The notes under the pieces were generated by a model. It saw only the letters and a program-made list of their open reading frames with translations. It did no database searches and was not told where the DNA came from. Positions 47,158-56,200 of a DNA stretch of 63,145 nt are shown here, one piece after another; position 1 is the stretch's first letter, and each line of letters starts with the position of its first letter. The stretch comes from an uncultured Planctomycetia bacterium (GTDB lineage Bacteria > Omnitrophota > Gorgyraeia > 1-14-0-20-64-10): contig CAYJVR010000007.1 of assembly GCA_964373715.1 (NCBI GenBank), forward strand, positions 26,787 to 89,931. Direction: 5' to 3'. Both the position numbers and the translations under genes were made by a program.

Positions 47158-49200
47158 ATGGCGGAATTCAAGCTGGTCAGCGAGATGAAGCCGTGCGGCG
47201 ACCAGCCGCAGGCGATCGATAAGCTCAGCCTCGGCCTCGAGAAAGGAAAGCGGTTCCAGACGCTACTTGGCGTGACCGGTTCCGGCAAGACCTTCACGAT
47301 GGCCAACGTCATCGCCAAGATTCCCCGGCCCACTCTCGTCATCTCCCACAATAAAACGCTGGCGGCCCAGCTCTACAGCGAGCTCAAGAGTTTCTTCCCG
47401 GAAACCGCGGTCGAATATTTCGTCAGCTATTACGACTATTACCAGCCGGAGGCGTACATCCCGCAGACCGACACGTACATCGAGAAGGACGCCTCGATTA
47501 ATGACCGGCTGGACCGGCTGAGGCTTTCCGCAACGACGAGCCTGTTGTCCCGCCAGGACGTCATCATCGTCGCCTCCGTCTCCTGCATCTACAACCTCGG
47601 TTCCCCCGACGATTACAAGCAGATGCTCCTCTTCTTTGAGGTGGGCCAGGAGATCCCGAGGCGGGAGCTGCTGACGCGCCTCGTGGGGCTGCTCTACGAG
47701 CGCAACGACATCGATTTTACCCGCGGGCGTTTCCGGGTGCGCGGCGAAACGGTGGAGATTTTCCCGGCGTATGAAGAGACGGCAGTCCGCCTGGAGACCT
47801 TCGGCGATCGGATCGAGAAGATGTCGATCGTCAATCCGCTGACCGGCGAGGTTCTGCAGAAACTGGAAAAGTGGGCCCTTTATCCGGCGAAGCATTTCAT
47901 CACCACCTCCGAACGGGTCGAGCAGGGGTTGAAAGAGATTGAGGCCGAGCTGGAACGTCGTCTGAAGGAGATGAGGGACAGGGGAAAGCTTCTCGAGGCG
48001 CAGAGGCTGGAATCCCGCACCCATTACGATATGGAAATGTTAAGGGAGATGGGGTTCTGCAACGGGATAGAGAATTACTCCCGCGCTCTTTCCGGCCGCC
48101 CTCCAGGCTCGAGGCCGTACTGCCTTTTGGATTATTTCCCGAAAGATTTCCTGACGGTCATTGACGAGTCGCACGTGACGCTCCCGCAGCTGCGGGGCAT
48201 GTTTGAAGGGGACCGGGCCCGAAAGCAGGTTCTGGTGGATTTCGGGTTCAGGTTGCCCTCCTGCTTGGATAACCGCCCCCTTAAGTTTGATGAACTGGAG
48301 AGCCTCGTTGGGCAGGCGGTATTCGTATCGGCCACGCCGGGCCCTTACGAGGCGAAGAATTCGCTTGGAGAGATAGTCGAGCAGGTGATTCGTCCCACCG
48401 GCCTGGTGGATCCTGAGATTGAGGTCCGGTCGATTACGGGACAGGTGGACGATCTGGTCCATGAGGTGAAGAAACGGGCTGAAGAGGGGGAAAGGGTTTT
48501 GATCACGACTTTAACGAAACGGATGGCCGAGGACCTCTCGGCCCATTTGAAGGAGATGAAGATTAGAGTCACCTACATCCATTCCGACCTCGATGCTTTT
48601 GAGCGGGTGGAGGTTTTGAAAAATCTGCGTAAAGGGAACTTCGACTGCGTTGTCGGGGTCAACCTGCTTCGTGAAGGGCTTGACCTGCCGGAGGTATCGC
48701 TGGTCTGCGTGCTCGATGCCGACAAAGAGGGCTTTTTGCGCTCATCCACCTCTTTGGTCCAGGTGTCCGGCCGCGCCGCTCGGCACCTGCATGGGCGCGT
48801 GATCTTTTACGGAGAGAAGATAACCGACGCGATGAGTTATGCGATTCGAGAAACCAAACGGCGCCGGAAGATCCAGCTTGCGTATAATGAAAAACACAAA
48901 ATTACCCCCCGTTCGGTCGAGAAGGCAATCCGTGACGGGATCGAGACGTCGGCGAAAGAGGAGGCGCAGGATCTTGTGCGGAGCGCGGCCGGTTTCAGCG
49001 ATGACCAGTTTGATTTGCAGGAGGTGATCGCGGATCTGGAGAGAGAAATGGAGTTGGCGGCGAGGAACCTGCAGTTTGAGCGGGCCGCCGGTTTCCGCGA
49101 CCAGGTGGCTGTTCTGCGCGAAAAGGGGATGGCCGGCTTGACCTCGTTTGAAAAAAAGATCGCATCGGGAGGAAAATCCCGGCGGTGGAAGAGGCGGTAA
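47158..49200 (+). CDS. uvrB: excinuclease ABC subunit B
   Basis: GVTGSGKT, DESH, helicase motifs and a C-terminal UVR domain (LQFERAAGFRD). Confidence 0.95.
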   Translation: MAEFKLVSEMKPCGDQPQAIDKLSLGLEKGKRFQTLLGVTGSGKTFTMANVIAKIPRPTLVISHNKTLAAQLYSELKSFFPETAVEYFVSYYDYYQPEAYIPQTDTYIEKDASINDRLDRLRLSATTSLLSRQDVIIVASVSCIYNLGSPDDYKQMLLFFEVGQEIPRRELLTRLVGLLYERNDIDFTRGRFRVRGETVEIFPAYEETAVRLETFGDRIEKMSIVNPLTGEVLQKLEKWALYPAKHFITTSERVEQGLKEIEAELERRLKEMRDRGKLLEAQRLESRTHYDMEMLREMGFCNGIENYSRALSGRPPGSRPYCLLDYFPKDFLTVIDESHVTLPQLRGMFEGDRARKQVLVDFGFRLPSCLDNRPLKFDELESLVGQAVFVSATPGPYEAKNSLGEIVEQVIRPTGLVDPEIEVRSITGQVDDLVHEVKKRAEEGERVLITTLTKRMAEDLSAHLKEMKIRVTYIHSDLDAFERVEVLKNLRKGNFDCVVGVNLLREGLDLPEVSLVCVLDADKEGFLRSSTSLVQVSGRAARHLHGRVIFYGEKITDAMSYAIRETKRRRKIQLAYNEKHKITPRSVEKAIRDGIETSAKEEAQDLVRSAAGFSDDQFDLQEVIADLEREMELAARNLQFERAAGFRDQVAVLREKGMAGLTSFEKKIASGGKSRRWKRR

Positions 49201-49209
49201 AGCAGAGAA

Positions 49210-50172
49210 ATGACGGACGAGGCGATACTCAACATTTTGAGGAACCGGTCGGGGAGCTACGTCTCCGGTGAAGAGTTGAGCCGGATTGTCGGTGTGTCGC
49301 GCGCCGCGATTTGGAAAGAGATCCAGAAAATGAGGGCGGGGGGGTACAAGGTTCTTGCCCAGCCGCACACCGGTTACCAGCTGGTAGGCGTTCCCGACAA
49401 ACTTATCCCCCAGGAGCTGATGTGGAACCTTCCGGTCAAGAAGGTGGGGCGAAGGGTTTACGCCTATGAATCGACCGAATCCACAATGGATGTCGCCCAC
49501 CGGCTTGCCTCCGGCGGGGAGCCGGAAGGTTCCGTGGTTGTCGCCGAATTCCAGGAGAAAGGGCGCGGCCGGCTCGGCCGGACCTGGATCTCGCCGAAAG
49601 GCAAGGGGATTTACCTCTCCGTGATACTGCGGCCTTCGCTGCATCTTTCGGAGGTGTCGTTGATCACGCTCATGGCGGCGGCGGCTGTGGCCTCGGCGGT
49701 GCGGAACCGGACAGGCTTGAATCCGGAGATCAAATGGCCGAACGATATTCTGATCGGCGGCAAGAAGGTTGCCGGCATCTTGACGGAATTGAACGCCGAG
49801 CTTAACCGGGTGAATTACGTTATTATCGGGATCGGGATGAACGTCAACACGCCGGTGTCGAGCCTCCCAAGCCACGCCACCTCTTTGGCCGAAGCGGCAG
49901 GTGCTAAAGTGGAAAGGATAGCGTTAGCCAGAGCGCTGTTCTTGGAACTCGACCGGTTTTATGAAGCCTTCTCTGTGCGGCAATTTGACTTCATTCTGGA
50001 ATCGTGGCGTAAGTTCGCCGGTTTTCTGGGCAGGCGCGTCCGGGTGGTGGCGGAGGGCCGGACGGTGGACGGCCAAGCGCTGGACCTGGATTCCAACGGG
50101 GCGCTGCTCGTCCGGACGGACACGGGCTTTATCGAATCGTTGCCCGCCGGCGAAGTTTTGGTGGTACGTTAA
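49210..50172 (+). CDS. birA: bifunctional biotin--[acetyl-CoA-carboxylase] ligase / transcriptional repressor
   Basis: N-terminal winged HTH (SGEELSRIVGVSRAAIWKEIQKM), GRGRLGRTW and KWPND. Confidence 0.88.
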   Translation: MTDEAILNILRNRSGSYVSGEELSRIVGVSRAAIWKEIQKMRAGGYKVLAQPHTGYQLVGVPDKLIPQELMWNLPVKKVGRRVYAYESTESTMDVAHRLASGGEPEGSVVVAEFQEKGRGRLGRTWISPKGKGIYLSVILRPSLHLSEVSLITLMAAAAVASAVRNRTGLNPEIKWPNDILIGGKKVAGILTELNAELNRVNYVIIGIGMNVNTPVSSLPSHATSLAEAAGAKVERIALARALFLELDRFYEAFSVRQFDFILESWRKFAGFLGRRVRVVAEGRTVDGQALDLDSNGALLVRTDTGFIESLPAGEVLVVR

Positions 50173-50196
50173 TAGCGATGAGATAAAAGGACTTTC

Positions 50197-51537
50197 ATGT
50201 CGAACAGAAAATCCATCTGGGTCTTTTTCGCGGGTATTACGGTTCTTTCCTTCCTCGCACCTCGCATAGCCCCGGCTGAACAGCAGGGGCAGGTCTTTTT
50301 GCTTGAGGTCAAGGGGACGATTGATTTGGCCGTCGCCCGTTATATCACCCGGGGTTTGGAGGAAGCCCGAAAAGCCCAAGCTTCCGCCGTGGTGATTCAG
50401 CTGGATACACCCGGCGGAATGGATGGTTCCATGAGGAAAATCGTCCAGGAGATACTTAATTCTCCCACGCCGGTGATCGTTTATGTTTCTCCACAGGGGG
50501 CGAGGGCCGCTTCCGCCGGCGCTTTTATCACGCTGGCGGCGCATGTCTCTGCTATGGCGCCCGGGACCAACATCGGGGCCGCCCACCCGGTCCATATCGG
50601 CCCCGGAGAATCGGTTTTCGGCCGGAAAGAGGGAGAGAAACCCTCCGTTATGGATGAGAAGATGACCAATGACGCTGTCGCTCACATCCAGTCGATAGCC
50701 GACATCCGGGGCAGAGACCTGGTTTTGTCCGAAGAGATGGTGCGCGAGAGCCGTTCTTCAACCGCTGATGAAGCCAAGAAGCGAAAGATGGTGGATCTGG
50801 TCGCAAATGATATGGACGACCTCTTCGCGCAGACGGAAGGACTCCAGTTGAAGACCGTTTTCGGCATGGCAACACTGTCGCTGAAAGGGCTGCCTCAAAA
50901 AACCGTTCGGATGTCGGCAGTGGAAAAGGGGCTTCACCAGATTGCCCATCCGAACATCGCCTATATCCTCCTGCTGTTGGGAATTTACAGCATGATTTTT
51001 GAGCTCTCGACGCCCGGCGCTGTTTTTCCGGGGGTTCTCGGGGCGATCCTGCTGGTTCTGGGGTTCGTCGCTTTGGAGATGTTGGAGGTCAACTGGGCAG
51101 GGATCTCGCTGATTTTCCTCGCGCTGCTGTTTTTTATCGCCGATATCAAATTGCCCGGTTACGGGGCGTTGACCGTGGGGGGCATTGTTGCTTTTCTCTT
51201 GGGTTCCGCCTTCTTGTTTCCGGGAGCCCGTTTGCCGCACTTGAAATTGGCTTGGAAGACTATCGGTGTCGCCACGGCGATGACCGCCGGCTTCTTCATA
51301 TTTATCGTTGGGGCGGGGATCCGGGTTTTGGGAAAGAGGGTGACCAGCGGACTTCAGGGGCTGATCGGCGCTGAGGGAACGGCGAAAACCGATTTGAAGC
51401 CGGAAGGGCTCGTGCATGTCCAGGGGGAAGAATGGATGGCTCGTGCGCACCAGGCACTCAGAAAGGGGACTCGGGTAAGGGTCGTTAAGCTGGATGGGTT
51501 AACTGTCCATGTGGAAGCTGTGGAGGAGGGTTCCTGA
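50197..51537 (+). CDS. nfeD: membrane-bound ClpP-class serine protease NfeD
   Basis: Signal peptide, ClpP-like domain (DTPGG, GARAASAGAFI), multi-TM middle section and a C-terminal OB-fold NfeD domain (VHVQGEEWMA). Confidence 0.85.
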   Translation: MSNRKSIWVFFAGITVLSFLAPRIAPAEQQGQVFLLEVKGTIDLAVARYITRGLEEARKAQASAVVIQLDTPGGMDGSMRKIVQEILNSPTPVIVYVSPQGARAASAGAFITLAAHVSAMAPGTNIGAAHPVHIGPGESVFGRKEGEKPSVMDEKMTNDAVAHIQSIADIRGRDLVLSEEMVRESRSSTADEAKKRKMVDLVANDMDDLFAQTEGLQLKTVFGMATLSLKGLPQKTVRMSAVEKGLHQIAHPNIAYILLLLGIYSMIFELSTPGAVFPGVLGAILLVLGFVALEMLEVNWAGISLIFLALLFFIADIKLPGYGALTVGGIVAFLLGSAFLFPGARLPHLKLAWKTIGVATAMTAGFFIFIVGAGIRVLGKRVTSGLQGLIGAEGTAKTDLKPEGLVHVQGEEWMARAHQALRKGTRVRVVKLDGLTVHVEAVEEGS

Positions 51538-51674
51538 TGCAGTATGTTCTGTTGTTCGTCGTTGTTTTCGCCGTTCTGCTTCTGGTGAGCATGCTTCGAA
51601 TCGTTCCGGAATACCCCGGCTGGTGGTTTACCGATGGAGTATCGCGAAAGCGACAAGCAGGATTCCGGCAATGA
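51537..51674 (+). pseudogene. remnant (45 codons) of an SPFH/stomatin-family gene
   Basis: ATG overlaps the nfeD stop (tgATG) after ggaggagg. MQYVLLFVVVFAVLLLVSMLRIVPEY matches the TM plus IVPEY(ERG) start of SPFH proteins. It then diverges and stops after 19 more codons. Confidence 0.6.
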
Positions 51675-52092
51675 CTAGCACCGCCACCAAAGCGCCGACC
51701 ACCAGATGGGCGGTCGTGTCCGGTTTTCCGGCCGGTTCCGAAGGGGGTGGGTTCTTTTGTCTTTGCTCGTCGTAGATCGTTTGGAGTTCACCCCGTTCCA
51801 GCCAAAGCCCGCGGCACCGCGTGCAGCGGTCCACCAGAAGGGTCACCCCTTCGTTATAAGGCAGTTCTTCCATCAACTGCTGGCAGCGGGGGCAGGTGAC
51901 GCGCTCGTTCGAGGCTTTCTTTCTCGTCTCCTTCGCGGGCGGCGGCAGATCGGGCATGTCCGCGTTGGTTTGGGCCAGCCGGGTCAGTTCTCCGGCATCC
52001 AGCCAGATGCCGTCGGAGAGCTCGCACCAATCCAAAGAGATCCCTTTGTCTTCAATAGGTCGCATGGCGGCCTGGTCCGCGGGACATTTCAT
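51628..52092 (-). CDS. membrane-anchored protein with two zf-TFIIB-like zinc ribbons
   Basis: ATG at 52092 is preceded by ggaggggg. MKCPADQAAM..ISLDWCELSDGIWLDAGEL and CPRCQQLM..LLVDRCTRCRGLWLERGEL (C..C..C..C plus the WLD/WLE.GEL signature). C-terminal TM helix LVVGALVAVLVIAGILLVAFAIL. Confidence 0.65.
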   Translation of the reverse strand: MKCPADQAAMRPIEDKGISLDWCELSDGIWLDAGELTRLAQTNADMPDLPPPAKETRKKASNERVTCPRCQQLMEELPYNEGVTLLVDRCTRCRGLWLERGELQTIYDEQRQKNPPPSEPAGKPDTTAHLVVGALVAVLVIAGILLVAFAILHR

Positions 52093-52172
52093 CGGTTTAC
52101 CCCCTCCGGGTGGGTTATTCGAAGCATACCGCAACGATGTTTTTCCGTCAATTCTTTGTGGAGGTCCCGGCG

Positions 52173-52646
52173 ATGATTCTTCCGGCGGCGGTGGTTGTGG
52201 CTGCGGCTTTGTGGGTGGGAGGCCAGCTGTTTTTCGCCGCGGTGGTCACCCCGGCTGTTTTCCGTTCGCTCCAGAAAGAGGAAGCTTCAAAATTTTTGGG
52301 CACTTTGTTCCAGATTGCCAACCAGTGGTTCTTTTTCTGGGGTTTAGTCATGGTCGTTTCCCTTCTTTTGTTCTTCTGGGAGCACCATTTTGAATTCCCC
52401 GCTCTTATTCTCGAGATTCCGGCCGGTTTGGCTTTTCTACTGACCTGCCACTCCGTTTTCATTATCCATCCCCAGATCCGTGAGTTGAAGAGGAAGATGT
52501 CACTGCCTGATTTTCACGGGTCCGTCCACCTGCAGGTCATGGAGTTTTCGTTCGGCCGCCTGCACCGCTATTCCGTGACCCTTCATCTTTTGGTCTTAGG
52601 TTTAGGGTTGGCGATTTTGGTTTCGATCCCTTCTTCCCTCAAGTAA
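52173..52646 (+). CDS. hypothetical 4-TM membrane protein (DUF4149-like)
   Basis: ATG 52173 follows ggagg. MILPAAVVVAAALWVGGQLFFAAVVTPAVFRSL.. has a pattern reminiscent of DUF4149. Assignment is weak. Confidence 0.45.
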   Translation: MILPAAVVVAAALWVGGQLFFAAVVTPAVFRSLQKEEASKFLGTLFQIANQWFFFWGLVMVVSLLLFFWEHHFEFPALILEIPAGLAFLLTCHSVFIIHPQIRELKRKMSLPDFHGSVHLQVMEFSFGRLHRYSVTLHLLVLGLGLAILVSIPSSLK

Positions 52647-53087
52647 ATGGATAAAAAGAAGTTGTCCGCTTTCTGGCAGGACCTGCGCCTCCGGCTGAAG
52701 GAATGGGGCCGTGAGCTGATTGATTTCAAGGGGACTCCTCACCAGTTGGGGGTTGCCTTTGGGCTGGGGATCCTGATCGGCGTCATTCCGGGCACCGGCC
52801 TTGTTGCGGCGGCGGCGGCGGCCGCGATCCTCCGGTTAAACTTGCCGGTTACGGTGGCTGGCGCTTGCCTGACCAACCCTCTGACCATGCCGTTTATCTA
52901 TGGGGCCGGGTATGCGCTGGGTCTCCGCCTCTTGGGGGATTGGCTGCCTCTTCACCAGGCCGCCCGGGTCCTTGTCAGCACGGTTGCCGGAACGCTCATA
53001 CTCAGCTTGATTGCCGGCGCTGCCGGCTATCTCGTCGCTTTCCTTGTCATTCTGATTATCCGGCTTCTTAAACCTTCGTCATCGTAG
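52647..53087 (+). CDS. DUF2062-family membrane protein
   Basis: TPHQLGVAFGLGILIGVIPGTGL...LTNPLTMPFIYGAGYALG matches the DUF2062 core as I remember it. Confidence 0.55.
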   Translation: MDKKKLSAFWQDLRLRLKEWGRELIDFKGTPHQLGVAFGLGILIGVIPGTGLVAAAAAAAILRLNLPVTVAGACLTNPLTMPFIYGAGYALGLRLLGDWLPLHQAARVLVSTVAGTLILSLIAGAAGYLVAFLVILIIRLLKPSSS

Positions 53088-53098
53088 CCAGCACCCGT

Positions 53099-53134
53099 CA
53101 TTGCGAGCCCTCGCAAGGGCGAAGCAATTCCTTA
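53099..53134. repeat. 35-nt REP-like palindromic unit, copy 2
   Basis: cattgcgagccctcgcaagggcgaagcaattcctta; see the copy at 12097..12131. Confidence 0.6.
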
Positions 53135-53228
53135 CAAGGTGATAGTTTGTAGTTAATAGTAAATATAGTTAATAATTTCTATTGAAAGACTCTGGTCTTT
53201 AAAGGTATACTTCCTATATATCCCGACC
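53135..53228 (+). promoter_or_regulatory. AT-rich leader/promoter region of giant ORF 2
   Basis: caaggtgatagtttgtagttaatagtaaatatagttaataatttctattgaaag.. is AT-rich, has no GGAGG before ATG 53229, and shares the 11-mer gtttgtagtta (inverted) with the giant ORF 1 leader. Confidence 0.35.
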
Positions 53229-56200
53229 ATGAAAACTGGACGATTTTTGCCAAGATTTATAGCGCTTTTACTAGCATTCTCGCTGAGTGTGCCGTCACCC
53301 TCCTTTGCTCTGCGTCCTCAACAGGCGCCGGAGAGCAGCGAAGGGCGGCGGCTCGCCATGCTTTTGCTTTCAGGCAGGTCTTCCGCCGGATTAGAAGAGG
53401 GGAGTTATGGATTTGGTTTGACCGAGCGGGAATGGGCCGGCCTCAAGTACCTGATGAAGGATCAGCTGCCGGATCCGAACGAACCCGGTGCCTTGAACGA
53501 TGTGCGGGGATATCTTGCCCAGCTCGTCCGTGAAGGCTATGGCCCCGAAGAACCCCTTTCCGTCGGAGATCGCCAGCTTGCCGAAAATCTTTCCCGCAGA
53601 TTAGGAGAGATCTCCCTCCAGCGGGCGAGAGAGGCTCCCGTGATGCGTCCTCAGCCGACGGCGACTCAAGCATCTGCCGGCACTCCAGGAACGGTTATTC
53701 CTCCCGGTGTCTATGATCCCTCTCAGCAGGGTCCCGCTCAGGGGATGGTGAAGATTGGGGAGGGTTATTTCAATAAGAAGACCGTTGTTCTAGGGGTTTT
53801 GGCCGTTGCCCTTCTGGGTATTGCGGGATATTTAGCTTTCGGTCCTTTCTGGAAAAAGGGGCCCGAGGATGTTAAAGAGCCGAAGCCCGGCATTGAGAAA
53901 AAAGATGCTCCTCAGAAGAAGCCGCTGAATAAAAGGGACGGCGGCTTAGAGGAAAAGGTCGGGGAACTCAATAAGCTGAGCCTTGAGGTTGTCAGGGGAT
54001 GGACACAGCTGGGCCGGCGGGCGCAGATTCTCGATATGAGGGGATTAGCGAACGCGGTTGGGGTTACAGAGCAGAAGATCCAGGTCCCGATCGTCCTTCC
54101 ACGGGAGGCCGAGAGGATTCTCACGGAGAACCGGACGGTTGTTCTTCAGGCGCTTCAGCCTCCGGCCGCCGGGCAATCCGATGTTCTCATTCTGCAGGAG
54201 ATCGCGTTAAACCCGGAAGACGAAAACGTCACGCAGGAAACGCTGTCTTCACAGCGTTCTTTCCTGAACAGACAGCTTGAAAGCATCGCCGCCTCCCGGT
54301 CGGGGGGGCAGGTCCGCCTCTCTTCATCCGCCAGAACCTTCGAGCAGATACGCCTCTTCTTAACACTGCATGATCCATGGGCGGTCATCGTTTCCATGCC
54401 GGGCGGTCAGCCGGCATGGACCTACCTGGATGCGCATATGGACGCGGACGGGAAGTTTGTGAAGATCGCGAACGATCTTCTCCCCGGCAAGCCAGGCGAC
54501 TACGATTACGACCTCACCCTATTGGACGGCGTCCTTTCTTTTGACATGGATATAGGAGGCGGTATTTACTCCCGTGTGGATGTTCCGCCGGGAAGACTCC
54601 AGGCGGTCATTATTGCCCGCCCCAAAAATAAATTCGGCGGGTTGGAAGAGAATGCCGTTTGGACCAAAAGGATTGATCAAGGGTTCGACGGAAAACGCCT
54701 TCTGCTGTTCGGTTGGAGCGGATTTGTGGGGGGGCGGTTGCTCCAGGATCTTTCACAGCGTGTGGGCAGCCGTGTTTCCCATATCACGGCGGTAAGCCGG
54801 ACTGCCGGCCCGGTTCCCGGCCCCGGTTCTCCTCTTTCGGGCAAGTTCACTCCGCGGGCGGGCGACCTGCTCCAGATCAGCTTCATCCGGCAGATCGTCA
54901 ATCCGTCCGGCAGATTCGATGTCCGGCCGGACAAGATCTTTATGCCCGCAGGACTCGCTTGGCAGCATCCGCCCTCTTTGGGGCGCCAGCCTACAGAAGC
55001 CGATCTGCAGGCGATTCTCGAAGAAGAACTTTTATTCAACGGTATGACCGTTTTAATGTTGAGCGCTGTGATGTCTGACCGGCAGCAGCTCATCGTGACC
55101 TCTTCCAACGCGATTGACGTTATGGTGAGTCAATTGCCGGAGGCTCAGCGGCCGGCGCTGCAACAGCAGGCAGTCGAGATGGCGCGCCGCTATCTGGCCG
55201 CTTGGGTGCCGGCCATTGAGAAGCAGCAGAACCCGACAGCGGACGAGTTGAGATCTTTTGTCCGCAAGGATCTCGAGCAATTTCCTCCCGCGGATCCGGC
55301 GTTTGTCCGCCGACTCAGCTATCCCTATTCGATGTTGCTGCGGGAAGAGATTTTGAAGTTGGCTGCCGAGAGATCGGGTAAAGAGATCCGTGTGCTGCGG
55401 ATCTCCGATGTCTACGGGCCGGGTCAGCCGCTTGGCCGGGCCGTCTTGAATCCGGACCGCTCGGCGCGCCGGCCACAGCGGTTTTTAGCGGCATTGCTCG
55501 AGAGTTCGACCGGCTGGACGGAGTGGATCAGCCAATACGGTTCCCGCGCTCATGGTTTTCAGATCGACGGACAGGGGCATCTGACCGTCGCCATTCGTAA
55601 CGACTGGGTCGCTCCCACTTATGTCGGAGATGTGACCCAGATGTTGATTCGCGCGGCGGTGGCTGACATTCCGAAAGAGCAGGTTGTTCTTGAAGTCAGC
55701 GCCCCTTGGATCTCCAACAGGCAGATGGTGGAAACGATCCGTGACGTTGTCAGCGAAACCGTCGGCCAGGCGGATGTCGTTATACAGACGCAGGGCGCTC
55801 GGCAAGAAAAGCCGGCGGCCCGAAGCCGGGATCTGCGGCGATTAGGATTGACGTCAGTATCGCTCACGCCGCTGGACCAAGGGCTGCGGAATTGGCTTAG
55901 CCTCGGCGCCGCTGGACTGGAAGAAGGGCTGAAGTTCGGCGATCCGATGGTGTGGAAAGACGAGCGCGAGAGGACGGAGAAGATCGTCCAGGGCGCAATC
56001 GATTTCCTCCGGCAGAGAGCGGAGGTCTACGGAGTGGCTTATCCGGCGCTTTTCTCCGCTGCGGTTGTTGATCCGAGAATCGAGCACCTGAACCGGATGT
56101 GGGAAGGCATCCAGGCCGACATGGCCGGCCAGCCGGTTGTCGTGAGCGTGAAGGATCTTTACGCCGTGAAGCCGGAGGTCCAGATCAAACGGTTCGGCCA

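Noticed and set aside
51706-52393. The + strand ORFs 51706..52176 and 51896..52393, which overlap the zinc-ribbon gene.
   Set aside because: They have no SD and low-complexity Arg/Gly/Ser composition. The minus-strand reading has a strong SD plus ATG and a duplicated C..C...C..C WL[DE].GEL signature.
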